Virus record (IMG/VR): IMGVR_UViG_2737471636_000001
Coordinates: 1 to 64,000 of that record
Reading direction: 5' to 3' (one strand)
Source of the DNA: a virus
Taxonomy: Duplodnaviria > Caudoviricetes
Length of the DNA stretch: 64,000 bases
Part shown: positions 29,138 to 39,590 of the stretch, piece by piece
How the letters are laid out: every line of letters begins with the position of its first letter
Numbering within the stretch: the stretch's first letter is position 1
The notes under the pieces: model-generated
Database searches by the model: none
Told to the model about the DNA's origin: nothing
What the model saw: the letters and a program-made list of their open reading frames with translations, nothing else
Translations under genes and position numbers: made by a program

Positions 29138-29638
29138 TCAGGTGTAATCCAGTGAGTTACCTGGGATAATTTCACCGAAATAATGAAAAAATAACGTTCC
29201 GGTAAAAATCATGATCTGCGATCTGTTCTCCCAGTCACGATCAGGATTATCGATTTGCACAAAACAGTCGATGTAACGCTTGGCACGTAGGAATTTTTGC
29301 GGGGTACCTTCATAAACCGTGGCATTGAATCTGCCGCCACCGGTTAGCAAATTAACCAACATATTATCGACAGAACCGGCGATCGTTTCCTCAAACGCAA
29401 TCTGTCCTTGCATGTATGTTTTAGCCTGTTGCGGCTGATATGAGGCCATTCCCAATGGACCGGGCACCTCAATTTCACCGGCTGGCGAGACGATTGCCCA
29501 CGGTACCTGCTTTGCCAGCAAATAGTTTTGCTCAAAACCATCGACTTCAAACGTAAAATCGCTTGAAATGATCTTCGCGCCCATCGCTTTTGATGCTTCA
29601 TGGAATTGCTTTAGATAAGCTGAATTTGAGACGGCCAT
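29138..29638 (-). CDS. Tail tube protein (P1 Tub-like)
   Basis: 166 aa, tube-like size and motif pattern, first gene after a late promoter. Confidence 0.6.
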   Translation of the reverse strand: MAVSNSAYLKQFHEASKAMGAKIISSDFTFEVDGFEQNYLLAKQVPWAIVSPAGEIEVPGPLGMASYQPQQAKTYMQGQIAFEETIAGSVDNMLVNLLTGGGRFNATVYEGTPQKFLRAKRYIDCFVQIDNPDRDWENRSQIMIFTGTLFFHYFGEIIPGNSLDYT

Positions 29639-29679
29639 GTGTTTATCCTTATTGGGTCAGTGTCGGTAGCAGATATCGA

Positions 29680-29725
29680 ACTGTATTTCAATCAGGAAAA
29701 CAAAAACCCGGAGGTTTTCCGGGTT
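29680..29725 (-). promoter_or_regulatory. Late promoter GGAAAA-N29-TACAGT overlapping an intrinsic terminator hairpin (29705-29725)
   Basis: AACCCGGA-N5-TCCGGGTT followed by TTTGTTTT on the minus strand; the GGAAAA box lies inside the hairpin. Confidence 0.65.
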
Positions 29726-29756
29726 AGTTGGATTTTTTCTAAAAATTTAGAATCGA

Positions 29757-30284
29757 TTAAGGCGCGTCGTATACCTTTGTACACACTGACGCGGATGATA
29801 AACCACCCTTGCGAACACCTTCATAGACATACTGAGCCCGGAACTTCCACATGTTGTCTAAAAGAAGGATGTCGGCCAGAAATTTATCCACCTCTTCCCG
29901 TATTTGCTCATGCGAAGCGTTTCTGATTATTTTATCTTCTGGTTTGGTGTGATAGATAACGCCCTCACCCGGTCTTGATGGTGGCTGAATAATATCCACC
30001 TCGATATGCATCATTTCGTAGCGAAGCAACTCATAACAAGGATCATGCCAGCCCATAGCACCCGGCATAAAATCCTTGGTGTCAATCGTAGGCCCACTCG
30101 GACCATCGGATGAGTACCCTGGGGTTAAGTAGAACATGCCGTCGCGCGTCAGATTGATATTGTGCAGGTTTATTTCTCTGTGAGGACGTAGATTGCACAT
30201 CGCCCAAAACGACTCTACTGAGCGGTATTTCTGCCCCTCAATGTAGCGTAATTTACTTGCTCTTGGGATTAGCTGCTGCGACAT
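29757..30284 (-). CDS. DUF1353-like phage protein
   Basis: GYSSDGPS..HDPCY..D..L..RA..Y.GVR.GG pattern. Confidence 0.7.
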   Translation of the reverse strand: MSQQLIPRASKLRYIEGQKYRSVESFWAMCNLRPHREINLHNINLTRDGMFYLTPGYSSDGPSGPTIDTKDFMPGAMGWHDPCYELLRYEMMHIEVDIIQPPSRPGEGVIYHTKPEDKIIRNASHEQIREEVDKFLADILLLDNMWKFRAQYVYEGVRKGGLSSASVCTKVYDAP

Positions 30285-30600
30285 TTCCGCTCTCCTTTTT
30301 ATCTGCAGTCTGAGGCACCAGATAACCAATTCCAGCGCCAGCTAAAAAAATATTAAATCCGGTTAAAGTATCCAGGTAAGACATGCCACCGGCACCAGCC
30401 CATAACATGAATAAGGTGGAAAAAGCCTTGACCACGGCCTTCGGATCGCCGAACAGATACGAACCAAGGGATGACTTGGAGTCACCGTTCGCCCACTTAT
30501 TCACGTAGGCAAACAACATTCCCAGTATGCTTGCAAACGCAAACATGCAAAGCCTGATAGCCTCATCCTTCTCGATTAGCAGATTAATTATTTCTGTCAC
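30253..30600 (-). CDS. Holin-like membrane protein
   Basis: Three hydrophobic segments, basic C-terminus, in lysis cluster. Confidence 0.55.
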   Translation of the reverse strand: MTEIINLLIEKDEAIRLCMFAFASILGMLFAYVNKWANGDSKSSLGSYLFGDPKAVVKAFSTLFMLWAGAGGMSYLDTLTGFNIFLAGAGIGYLVPQTADKKESGNVAAANPKSK

Positions 30601-31115
30601 AGCAAATTGCTCGCGATACCGGCCAATACTTGCCCAAGGTAAAGTGCATCTATAAACGCCTGATGCCTCTTACCCGCATCAATCAGACCATTCACCGATT
30701 GATCTATCCTATCCGCACGCGCGTGATACTCATTAAGCAATGCGCGATTTTCCTCGGTATATTCACCCCAATGCCGTGTCACCACTTGTTCTTTGACTGA
30801 TCGATATTGCGCTACAACCTTATTGTAATCAGAGACAAACTCAGCAAATATCGGCTCACGGGCATCCAGATAAGTGATTGATGACTTCCATTTATCCACG
30901 AATCCAATGTATTGATTGATTGCGTGATCAACAATCAGGTTCTCAGTAGCACTGAGCGGTGCGCTTTTGATCACTGCCGCTACCTGGCCGGACATGACCT
31001 GATCGTTCGCAACCGCGATATTCGCAAGATCACTGGTATTTTTTAGAACCGTGCTACAGCCAGAAAGCATCATGAAACAAACAATAAAAAGTGTCGCAGA
31101 TATCGTTTTATACAT
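30597..31115 (-). CDS. Lipoprotein in lysis cluster
   Basis: Signal peptide with lipobox LSGC. Confidence 0.7.
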   Translation of the reverse strand: MYKTISATLFIVCFMMLSGCSTVLKNTSDLANIAVANDQVMSGQVAAVIKSAPLSATENLIVDHAINQYIGFVDKWKSSITYLDAREPIFAEFVSDYNKVVAQYRSVKEQVVTRHWGEYTEENRALLNEYHARADRIDQSVNGLIDAGKRHQAFIDALYLGQVLAGIASNLL

Positions 31116-31144
31116 TCATTTTCCTTTGTTGTTGATAATACGAT

Positions 31145-31459
31145 CTAAATCTTGAATCCCAAGGAAGCAATCATTTTGATAAACTGATCTATACCGCCGG
31201 TAATTTTTCCGGCTATCAGCAGTAAAACCATAAGTACGAAGTAGCCGGTCAAAGTTGCTGTGATATGCACGCCGCGAAAGAAACCGGATTTCTTTGATTT
31301 CTCTTCAAGCACCTGGTCCGCGTTTAGCTGCATCTTCAATGAAAGTTCATTCAATCGGCTTTCAAACGAAAGCGAGTTCGCATCAATACGCTTTTCCAGC
31401 GCGGAAACACGCGCATCAAGGGCTCCTATTTTCATGGTGTGGGGGCAATCATCCGACAT
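31145..31459 (-). CDS. Coiled-coil plus TM protein (holin/antiholin-like)
   Basis: Heptad N-terminus, C-terminal TM helix, next to the endolysin. Confidence 0.5.
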   Translation of the reverse strand: MSDDCPHTMKIGALDARVSALEKRIDANSLSFESRLNELSLKMQLNADQVLEEKSKKSGFFRGVHITATLTGYFVLMVLLLIAGKITGGIDQFIKMIASLGFKI

Positions 31460-31469
31460 GGCAATTCTC

Positions 31470-31943
31470 CTATTTGATTAATCCGATCTGTTTGTTTTTG
31501 CCGTTAATCGTAAGTGTCTGCATACGATTCTTATCGAAGTCATTTAAGAGAGAACAATGCACCCAACCTGAATTGGGGTCGCCGCCACTAATATAGTTTT
31601 CGAGAATTAATTGATCAAACGAGAGGTTTTCTGATACCCAGACTGCAAGGTCATAATTGGCTATTCCATCAATCTCAAAATCCACCGCTTGACCTGACAT
31701 GTGCTGAGACATTTTGCTTCCGTGAATCGCTGCATTTAACGCAGGGCTTCTGTATCCGCTGTTTACTCTTACCGGCCTATTGAAGTGCTCTCTTACCGGC
31801 TCCAATATGTTTGTGCAAAGCAATATCAAGCTGCTTAAAACGCTTTGAGACGGGGTGTTATCTATACCGAGCTCACTAGCCCTGGTAGAGCGGATCAGTT
31901 CATTCAACGTAAAATGCGGGGTTAATTTTGTATGTATATCCAC
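31470..31943 (-). CDS. Endolysin, peptidase M15A family
   Basis: HFTLNEL, SGYRSPALN, SQHMSGQAVD, WVHCS; GTG start after AAGGAGG. Confidence 0.9.
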   Translation of the reverse strand: MDIHTKLTPHFTLNELIRSTRASELGIDNTPSQSVLSSLILLCTNILEPVREHFNRPVRVNSGYRSPALNAAIHGSKMSQHMSGQAVDFEIDGIANYDLAVWVSENLSFDQLILENYISGGDPNSGWVHCSLLNDFDKNRMQTLTINGKNKQIGLIK

Positions 31944-31948
31944 GTCTA

Positions 31949-32179
31949 TTACCTCCTTATAACGCTGGCAATTGTCTTGGCAACAACGCCACACGCGCTG
32001 ATTACGCTGTTGAGTCGATTTACAATGGCGATTTGAATCTTCATCTCCGATTCTTTCCCTTTTTTCCAGTCTTCAAAAGGCTTGCCATTAAAAAACTTGT
32101 TTACGACACTGCACGGCATGGATAATGCTTCTGCAAATGATGTGTGGGAATAAATGCTAAGACTAGATGCTTGATTCAT
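31949..32179 (-). CDS. Small tail-assembly-associated protein
   Basis: 76 aa from ATG 32179, overlapping the end of the upstream gene; AEALSMP motif reminiscent of tail chaperone extensions. Confidence 0.5.
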   Translation of the reverse strand: MNQASSLSIYSHTSFAEALSMPCSVVNKFFNGKPFEDWKKGKESEMKIQIAIVNRLNSVISACGVVAKTIASVIRR

Positions 32180-32942
32180 TAGATTCTCTGCCCAGGTCTT
32201 TCGCCAGTCTTGAGACGCAGGAACGAACCGGAAATCGGGCGGGTGGCAAATTGCTTGCCGCCCCTCCTTTTGGTAGCGCAACCATGCCGTCACTGGATAA
32301 TTCGATCTTAAATAAATGGTGCAGACTTTCCCGGCCATTCATGTACGAGCTCATCAATGCGGCAAAAGAACTTTCGGGAAAACTCGACACGGTGCGCATG
32401 CGGTTAATTAGAAACTCATCATAATTACCTTCGCCGTCCGATGGCGCCGGTGTTTCCTCGCCTTTTCTGATCAATTGGGCAGACATGCAGCCAAGTAACC
32501 AATGCAATCGACCGGACACACTCTCAATCTCGCCATGGATCCTCTCAATTGACTCTGCCATGGCGCCGGTCAGGTCCTGCAGCAACCAATCGTCACCTTC
32601 AATTTCACCCAGTTCAATCGCCTGGTCCAGCACTTTATCGATGCTTCCATCCAGGTAATCTGAGTATCGGCCAACGCCCACAGCGAAATCAGGACCATCT
32701 TCTGAAACTGCAGCAAGGTAATGACAAACTACCATCATTCGCTCTTGAACCGTCCAATCTGCAGGATTTTCAATTCCCTTGGCTGACTCAACAGCTTTAA
32801 GCAAAAACGCGGTAGTGACTGCTTCTTCAAGATGAGACGGCATAGCGGCGATTGCGATGGACTCACCAATGGACAACTCTTTGAGTTGCACCGTCAAACG
32901 CCGGGTACGCAGTATTGGAAAATGGATCACCAGGATTCTCAC
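32163..32942 (-). CDS. Putative tail assembly chaperone (P1 gp24-like)
   Basis: 259 aa, first gene after a late promoter. Confidence 0.55.
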   Translation of the reverse strand: MRILVIHFPILRTRRLTVQLKELSIGESIAIAAMPSHLEEAVTTAFLLKAVESAKGIENPADWTVQERMMVVCHYLAAVSEDGPDFAVGVGRYSDYLDGSIDKVLDQAIELGEIEGDDWLLQDLTGAMAESIERIHGEIESVSGRLHWLLGCMSAQLIRKGEETPAPSDGEGNYDEFLINRMRTVSSFPESSFAALMSSYMNGRESLHHLFKIELSSDGMVALPKGGAASNLPPARFPVRSCVSRLAKDLGRESNESSI

Positions 32943-32962
32943 CTAAAATTTCGATGAGCGAG

Positions 32963-33002
32963 ATTGTGCGGAAATTGTGACTCGGGATTTGTTACTTTTT
33001 CC
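32963..33002 (-). promoter_or_regulatory. Putative late promoter GGAAAA-N28-CACAAT
   Basis: Shared motif and spacing. Confidence 0.7.
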
Positions 33003-33016
33003 GTATCAGGAAATTA

Positions 33017-33823
33017 TTACAGCTTGAGCGCGTTGTAATTCACCCAATCATCACGATCAAGAGCGGTTAGCGTCGCTAGAGTCATCGGCACCAGCAATTC
33101 AACGTATCTGGCTTTTGCATCAATACTAGAAGTCATCTGTTCGCTTATCGCCTCGATTACCAATGGCGAATAAATGCGGTTTTTATAGCGCAATGCGATT
33201 GTAGTTGGTGCTATCGAGGGAACCAGCGCATCAATAAATCCGCTATTTCCCCTGGCCGCTTGCGCTGACCTGGCAAGGACTGAGCCATCAGGCGACAATT
33301 TGACCGGCAATGCCCATTCCATCAGCTTATTGAAAGGCTCTTCCACCTCTTTGGTTGGATCATCCCACGCCCGGAATATTGCCGTTACCTGAATCTTAAC
33401 TGGCGGCATGCCATTGAATACTTGAGTGGAATTTAATTTGGTAATGCCGGTCCTGCCCTCGAATTGACGCACAAATTCATTTGATTTCTGCTGTGCAAGA
33501 CCAATTGCACTGCGATCTGGGTTCTCATTCCCCAGGAAGGCATCTATGACAGGCTGCAGCGCACCGGATTGGAGCATTGCCAGCAACGTTGGAGCGCGTG
33601 ACTCTGGACCGGCATGCTCAAACGGGCTTTGCCAGTTCAGTGACATTTCCATGCTGGCTTCTGTGAGGGGTGCAAATACAGATTTTGGATCGGTATCGTT
33701 TGATCTTTGCCAAACACCTTCCTTTATTTTCTTGACCTCATAAAAGCTGGCGATCAGGTGCGGTGATAACCCATCCCATTGCGATGATAGAGAGTCTGAA
33801 ACTAGGCTTGGTGGCTGATTCAT
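33017..33823 (-). CDS. Baseplate/tail-tube initiator-like protein
   Basis: 268 aa, downstream of sheath operon; NWQSPFE, NSTQVFNG motifs. Confidence 0.5.
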   Translation of the reverse strand: MNQPPSLVSDSLSSQWDGLSPHLIASFYEVKKIKEGVWQRSNDTDPKSVFAPLTEASMEMSLNWQSPFEHAGPESRAPTLLAMLQSGALQPVIDAFLGNENPDRSAIGLAQQKSNEFVRQFEGRTGITKLNSTQVFNGMPPVKIQVTAIFRAWDDPTKEVEEPFNKLMEWALPVKLSPDGSVLARSAQAARGNSGFIDALVPSIAPTTIALRYKNRIYSPLVIEAISEQMTSSIDAKARYVELLVPMTLATLTALDRDDWVNYNALKL

Positions 33824-33895
33824 TTGATAATACCCAATAAAAAAGCGCCGCCACTTGTGAATGCGGAAGCGCCATTGATTTCAACGCAAGGTTGT

Positions 33896-34606
33896 TTACT
33901 TCAATCCGGTTTTTCTGCGAATTTTCATTGATTTTGCGCGACGCATCCTGGCAGTAGCAGAATGGCTTTTCATACGTGCCTTACGGATAGCCACTTTTTG
34001 CGCTGCACTTAAACGAACGGTTCCGGAAACGCGCTTATTGATACGCACTTTTTTGCCTTTGCGAATAACCAGTCTTTTTTTGTATGCAGCATCCAGCGCG
34101 GGTTCCTGGTCGTCATCGCCGAATACAAAATCGTCGATATCGGAACTGGCTTCATCTTCGCCATCTGGAAGAGATGAGGCAACCAGATCACGAACACGTT
34201 CTGCTACATCGCCATCGAAATCATTCAGCAGTGAATCAGCGTCCTCTTCCGATACTCCTTTGCTGGTCAGGTAATCCCAGGCCGCATTCAGCGCAACATC
34301 GAGGACCGCTTGCTCATCGTCAGTAATTTCACCGTCTTTGTTTTCATCAGCAATTCCGATCATCATTGCCAGAAGGCGATCAGCGGAGCTCTCGCCATTG
34401 GCCAAGTCGTCAGTTTCTACCCATTGCTGAACTACTGCGGCAGCGGCCATCGTAATATCGGCAATAGTAAAATCATCGGCACCGCTCAACGACTTAGCGC
34501 CATCCTCTTCGGCTGCGTCAAGCGTTTTTTTTCCTTTGGTGTTATCTGCCACTGAGTTGGAGACGATTTGTCGACGCAGTATTTCACTGGTTTTTAAATG
34601 ATTCAT
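33896..34606 (-). CDS. Prohead core-like protein: acidic N-domain, very basic C-terminal tail
   Basis: C-terminal LSAAQKVAIRKARMKS..RRAKSMKIRRKTGL resembles T4 gp68-type core proteins. Confidence 0.55.
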   Translation of the reverse strand: MNHLKTSEILRRQIVSNSVADNTKGKKTLDAAEEDGAKSLSGADDFTIADITMAAAAVVQQWVETDDLANGESSADRLLAMMIGIADENKDGEITDDEQAVLDVALNAAWDYLTSKGVSEEDADSLLNDFDGDVAERVRDLVASSLPDGEDEASSDIDDFVFGDDDQEPALDAAYKKRLVIRKGKKVRINKRVSGTVRLSAAQKVAIRKARMKSHSATARMRRAKSMKIRRKTGLK

Positions 34607-34630
34607 GATATTTCAATCCTCTTGGTTTGG

Positions 34631-36496
34631 TTATCGGGTTAGTGTCTGAGTGACATATATCTGGCGTGCAACACCGTCATATCGCAGCCAATATGCGCAG
34701 TCGATTCGATCATAAGGATGTACCTCATTAGGCGCTACCTCGAATTTCCATGCCTGTCCGTCCATTCCTGGGTCATTGCTAGGAACCAACCAACCGGAAG
34801 CCTCCGCACCCTCGAATAATTGTGTCAGAGCGTTTTTCAATCGCTTCAAAGCAATCTGCATGGGCAATTGCAAGACGTCCTTGCCCAGTCTTGTTACCGC
34901 GTCGTCAATGCTGCTTGACATATCTGCAGTGGATATCAGTTTCCTCAAACTGTCTTTAACCGTTGCACTGGTTAATGAATCGCGGAATACGAATAGTCCA
35001 CCGCCAGAAAAAACTTCCCAGGTTACCGGGTTAATTTTGGCATTGGCCAGGGCATTCAATTCCTGATTGCTTGGCGAGTAGGTCTGTATCATTCGAGAGC
35101 GGCGTATAGGCCAATTCTTGTTAGCTACCGGATAATTCTTTGGCGCAAATCCTCTTGAATCGGTCTGTGCATTGCGACCGCATGCATACGCGATATTCAG
35201 CGTAGCCATACCAAAATAGCCATTTGGATTAATACCCGCGGGGTCATTTGATTTGACTGGCGCCCAAAAAGCATGAATCAGGTGAGCAGCTTCATTTGCA
35301 CCAAGATTCAACTGCTCTACGAAAGCAATCGCGGCAGCAGAGCTAAGGTTTCCTGGTACATCGAATCGCAGCTGACGATTAGTATCGAACGCCAATTGAG
35401 CCAATTGCCCCAAGAGAGCCGCAGACTGGGATCCTCCCGATGAAATGTAGGTATAATTGAACGGCGTGTATTTCAGTTTCTGTCGTGCAGCCACGTAGTC
35501 ATCGGTCGAATAAGCGGTTCCACCTTCTACAAAGCATGTCAGAACACCCGATTTAGCCCATTTCTCCAAACCGCTTGTGTCGTAACCGTAGGCATCTGAA
35601 GTAGTGGCGACCACAGCATCTTCGCCGGTCACTTCAACCAATACCTCAATCAGATCGGTTTGCGCGGATATCGCATCGGGAAGATAAGCCGAGCCGCCAA
35701 AATCATCCTTGGCATCCGCATCGAGAGATCCGGTGAATTCCTGAATCAGGATTCCTGACTTGTCTCTGATACGCAAGGTAATGAAGTCATTTGCGACCGC
35801 AGAACCGCCCGTTTTCTTCTCATCAGCTCGAAACTCGACAATAATTCCATCGTTAAAGCACTCAAGGTGCTTCACCGCAAAGAAATAATTGCCTATTGGG
35901 GCTTCTGCTGTAGGTAGAATGGTTAACGTTGGCGCCGTTGAGAATCCGGTACCGCCCTCAGTTACGATAACGGAAGCGATAACGCCATCCGTGAATGTTG
36001 GCGTCAAAGTAGCGCCGGTGCCTGGACCAGCTATAGTGATTGTTTCTGTGCCAGCATAATCTCTACCACCATCGACAATCGTCACGGCAGTAATCACACC
36101 GGCATTAACAGTGGCTGTCAAGATGGCCGGGGTATGCGAGGTTACGAATAATGGCGTATCGTTCGGAGCGGATATAACTGCCCATTTTATTTGAGCCGAG
36201 TCAGTTACGAGTCGTTGTACAACCGCCTCATAAGCGCCGTTATTCAGTGCTTCAACAACGTGTACCCAGGCTTCATTCAAAGCGGAGGTACGAATCAGTT
36301 CACCTTTCCCAAGTTTTTTGAGCGCATTACCGCGATCAACTTTGAAAGGCTTGTCTATGCGGCCACGTGCAGAACGCATCATTATTCCAAATACTTGATC
36401 CTGATTATCCTGTGATGGAATCTCGGAATTATCGCGTAGCGGATTAAGTTGCACGCCAGATTCGGCACCCAATTGTCTAACGAAAGTAGTAGTCAT
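34631..36496 (-). CDS. Tail sheath protein
   Basis: 621 aa, sheath-type C-terminus (ALANAKINPV..FRDSLT), Ig-like insertion. Confidence 0.8.
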   Translation of the reverse strand: MTTTFVRQLGAESGVQLNPLRDNSEIPSQDNQDQVFGIMMRSARGRIDKPFKVDRGNALKKLGKGELIRTSALNEAWVHVVEALNNGAYEAVVQRLVTDSAQIKWAVISAPNDTPLFVTSHTPAILTATVNAGVITAVTIVDGGRDYAGTETITIAGPGTGATLTPTFTDGVIASVIVTEGGTGFSTAPTLTILPTAEAPIGNYFFAVKHLECFNDGIIVEFRADEKKTGGSAVANDFITLRIRDKSGILIQEFTGSLDADAKDDFGGSAYLPDAISAQTDLIEVLVEVTGEDAVVATTSDAYGYDTSGLEKWAKSGVLTCFVEGGTAYSTDDYVAARQKLKYTPFNYTYISSGGSQSAALLGQLAQLAFDTNRQLRFDVPGNLSSAAAIAFVEQLNLGANEAAHLIHAFWAPVKSNDPAGINPNGYFGMATLNIAYACGRNAQTDSRGFAPKNYPVANKNWPIRRSRMIQTYSPSNQELNALANAKINPVTWEVFSGGGLFVFRDSLTSATVKDSLRKLISTADMSSSIDDAVTRLGKDVLQLPMQIALKRLKNALTQLFEGAEASGWLVPSNDPGMDGQAWKFEVAPNEVHPYDRIDCAYWLRYDGVARQIYVTQTLTR

Positions 36497-36502
36497 TACT
36501 TA

Positions 36503-37138
36503 TTAATCTCCGCTTTTGCTGCTGTTTGCGTACGATTTGCCGGGTTTCTTGGAACTTACCTTCTTAGGGGCATCAGTTTCCGTCGCTTCATCGTTTTCTT
36601 GGGGTGGAGTTTGCTCACCTATTAAAGGCGGTTCGTTGCCTTCTTTGTTATCGTCAGCATTGGCACCGGGGTTTTCTTCTGAATAATCGGTTTTGCCGTC
36701 ATCATTCCCTGAATCATCACCGGTACCATTGCCTGATTCATCACCGCCTTGATCCGTTATTTCTGGCTTTTGATTCAGATCGACTTCCGGTTCTGGCTTT
36801 GGCTCAGGATCGCGTGATTGCTCATCACCAGCAATCGTCTCAATGGTCATAACCGCATATTCGTGACCATTCAATACAGCAATTTGTTGAACGCTAGATG
36901 CTAACCTAATGAATTGAGCTTCACTCTCAATCTGCACCACTTTTTTGTTGGATCCATCGAAAACTGTAACGCCCCGAAGGTAGAGCCCTTTAACTTCTGA
37001 AAGGGTAATATCATGAGGCATACAGTTGACAACTTCGACATTTATCGGATAAACGCACTCGGCAAATGTTATTGCTATTAACTCCGCCACCCTTCCCGTG
37101 TGGGAAGGTGCTCTAAGTTCGATTCGATTTCTGGTCAT
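36503..37138 (-). CDS. Hypothetical protein with acidic low-complexity C-terminus
   Basis: 211 aa ORF between capsid and sheath genes. Confidence 0.6.
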   Translation of the reverse strand: MTRNRIELRAPSHTGRVAELIAITFAECVYPINVEVVNCMPHDITLSEVKGLYLRGVTVFDGSNKKVVQIESEAQFIRLASSVQQIAVLNGHEYAVMTIETIAGDEQSRDPEPKPEPEVDLNQKPEITDQGGDESGNGTGDDSGNDDGKTDYSEENPGANADDNKEGNEPPLIGEQTPPQENDEATETDAPKKVSSKKPGKSYANSSKSGD

Positions 37139-37182
37139 TCTAGTACCCCTTTCTTTTATTGCTAGGCTATCTCGTGGGACAA

Positions 37183-38865
37183 TTAAGGCATGTTGGTTAC
37201 ATTGATCAACGCGCAGCCGAGAGCAGCTTGCTGGAATGGATTAACCGCAGTGAAATTACGCGCATAAAAAGCTGCGCCTTGTTTCAGATCGGCATTCAGT
37301 GCAAGTGGCAATACAGTTGGAGGTACGGCATCGCCCAGTACGAAAGGATTCATTGGAACACTGGTAGCTCTGCCAAACCCCAAGATTTGAGAAGCACCGG
37401 ATGTTTCTACAACAACTTTTGGTGAGTAGTAGACTTCATAGCGTCCGAACAGTCGACCTAAGCGGTATATGCATGCACGTTCTGATATACCGGATGGCTC
37501 AAACACTTCCCGTGGCATTCCCTGGATGATTGCAGCCAGGTTTTTGCCGACATAAAGGTGCGTCAAGCCGTGATCCATGGTATCAATGGCCATTTGCTGA
37601 GATACCGCCCCCAGAGCCGAGGCCAGATCGATCATGATCTGAGATTTGTTTAATTGCTGTGAACGTGCACCCCAATCGAAATCGAAAGTTGCCTGATTGT
37701 TAACAGCAATACGCTTGCCTTTTCTCAGAACTTCATAATGACGTTCGTTCCCAAACTGGGTTTGCACCGAGATTACACCTTCGCTATAGGCATCCAGTCC
37801 CAATTCATTAGCTATTTGTGTACGGCTGTCCATGGTTTGATAAGTGGTCACCCTCCATGGTTTGGCGTACAATTTATAAGTATTAACAGCAGTTATGATC
37901 GACGGTGTTAATTCTGGTGCCCGTTCAAAATCAATGAAGCCTTCAACAATAACGGGAACGGTATCCGGCAATTTTGGAGTAGTGGTCAGAGCGTATACGC
38001 CGGTATCGGTATTGATCGCTCCGCCAATGCTGTAGCTCGTTCCTGCCACATCGATAGTTCCGCTTACGGTCGAATTTCCAGTGCCGGATGAATCCACTTC
38101 TTTCGCAGCAGGAATACCGTTCACATAAACGATTGAACGACCGCGCAGCAATTTGATATTGACTCCCCCAGCGCAAGTTTCTTCAGTATCCTGAATTGAT
38201 GTTAATGCACCGGTAACAGCTCCGGTTCCAGAATCCGGCATACTCTTATTCACGCGAGAAGATGAAATGTAAGAATCGCCAGAGTTAACGCCATCCAATG
38301 AACCGCCTTCAGCGTATTGACCAAAGGTATTGCCAGCACGGTGAGACATAATCGCCAGAATACCCTCATTTGACCCGATATCCGCTGGTAGATAATGAGC
38401 AAAAGGGATTGCATCACCCATCGCTGACAGAATCGCAACAACAGCGCGGTTAGGTTGCAGTGAGATTTGATCGTGATGATTTGAATCAGCAGAATCAAGA
38501 GTCGGTAACTTATGTTGTCTGCGTGCCGTGTCGGTCGTAGCGTAAGCGGAATGAATCGCTTGCTCGATCACGTCAGCAGGTGCCTCGACTCCGTGCTGTG
38601 ATTCGTACACGTTCACGCTATCCAGCAACGCGCGAGTAATGCGTGCAGAATCCTTGCTATCAACGTTATCCAAAACCACTTGAAGCTTTTCAGGAATCTT
38701 TACGCCAGTATTCTGATTGCTTGCCGTGTCGATAAAATCCATCGCCGCAGCGGAATCGAAAGTTCCTGACTTAACAGCATTATCTTTAAGATTCTCAATA
38801 AACACTGCCACTTCCGCAGTATTTTTGTTCAGGTATTCTTGATTTGTACGCTTGATGGGGGTCAT
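37183..38865 (-). CDS. Major capsid protein (P1 gp23-like)
   Basis: 560 aa, AGAGGA SD, RLGRLFGRYEVYYSP motif, N-terminal propeptide-like region. Confidence 0.8.
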   Translation of the reverse strand: MTPIKRTNQEYLNKNTAEVAVFIENLKDNAVKSGTFDSAAAMDFIDTASNQNTGVKIPEKLQVVLDNVDSKDSARITRALLDSVNVYESQHGVEAPADVIEQAIHSAYATTDTARRQHKLPTLDSADSNHHDQISLQPNRAVVAILSAMGDAIPFAHYLPADIGSNEGILAIMSHRAGNTFGQYAEGGSLDGVNSGDSYISSSRVNKSMPDSGTGAVTGALTSIQDTEETCAGGVNIKLLRGRSIVYVNGIPAAKEVDSSGTGNSTVSGTIDVAGTSYSIGGAINTDTGVYALTTTPKLPDTVPVIVEGFIDFERAPELTPSIITAVNTYKLYAKPWRVTTYQTMDSRTQIANELGLDAYSEGVISVQTQFGNERHYEVLRKGKRIAVNNQATFDFDWGARSQQLNKSQIMIDLASALGAVSQQMAIDTMDHGLTHLYVGKNLAAIIQGMPREVFEPSGISERACIYRLGRLFGRYEVYYSPKVVVETSGASQILGFGRATSVPMNPFVLGDAVPPTVLPLALNADLKQGAAFYARNFTAVNPFQQAALGCALINVTNMP

Positions 38866-38968
38866 TGTCTTTTGTCCTCTGGTTTTATACACACACCCGG
38901 ACGAAAGACCGGGCAACTATCCCCGAAATCAATGTGCCAAATTGGCATTGATTCCGATAGAAGCCCGC

Positions 38969-39008
38969 ATTTTGAGAGGCTAGAAAATGCTAAAACGTGG
39001 GTTTTTCC
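38969..39008 (-). promoter_or_regulatory. Putative late promoter GGAAAA-N28-CAAAAT for the capsid operon
   Basis: Shared motif and spacing. Confidence 0.7.
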
Positions 39009-39105
39009 GTTTTTTTTACTTCTTAATGAAGATTAATCAATAAAAAATCCATCTGCATGACTCTTGAAAGGCCTCAAAATAGCTGATTATGCCGTTATGG
39101 CAAAG

Positions 39106-39588
39106 TTATATGTCCAGATCCCCGCGACGATTTGCTACATAACGCATTGCGAACGGCGGAATATTAATAACTGTTTCGATGTCTACAATCTCGAACGCCA
39201 GCTTTACATCTTCGGAAATGACCAGGTAAAAAACATCGCGTTTCTTGATCGTAAAATTACCCGGTATACCAGTAGGTTCCTCTGGCTCAATTAGGAATCG
39301 GAATTCATTGACGAATCCGTTATTGGCATCTTGTCGGTCCATCATTGAGGATGCTGAAAACATTTCAGCTTGTAACGCATACCCAATTCCAACAAGTTCA
39401 AATGAAATATCCTCTTCATCATCAGCTGACATGACGCCGATTCCACCCAATGTTGGCAATCCACCAGAGATAGAATCACCAACACGATTCACAGTCTTTC
39501 TGAATACTTGGCATTCCCATGTATTGGGATGATTGATGACGATATTGCGTGTCATACGATTAACCGCGGTTGGTACATTATTGAGCAT
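39106..39588 (-). CDS. Head-tail joining-like protein
   Basis: 160 aa in morphogenesis operon. Confidence 0.5.
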   Translation of the reverse strand: MLNNVPTAVNRMTRNIVINHPNTWECQVFRKTVNRVGDSISGGLPTLGGIGVMSADDEEDISFELVGIGYALQAEMFSASSMMDRQDANNGFVNEFRFLIEPEEPTGIPGNFTIKKRDVFYLVISEDVKLAFEIVDIETVINIPPFAMRYVANRRGDLDI

Positions 39589-39590
39589 GT

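Noticed and set aside
31949-32338. Programmed -1 frameshift (G-T type) tail chaperone
   Set aside because: The downstream ORF is in the +1 frame, no clear slippery heptamer was seen, and it has its own ATG at 32179
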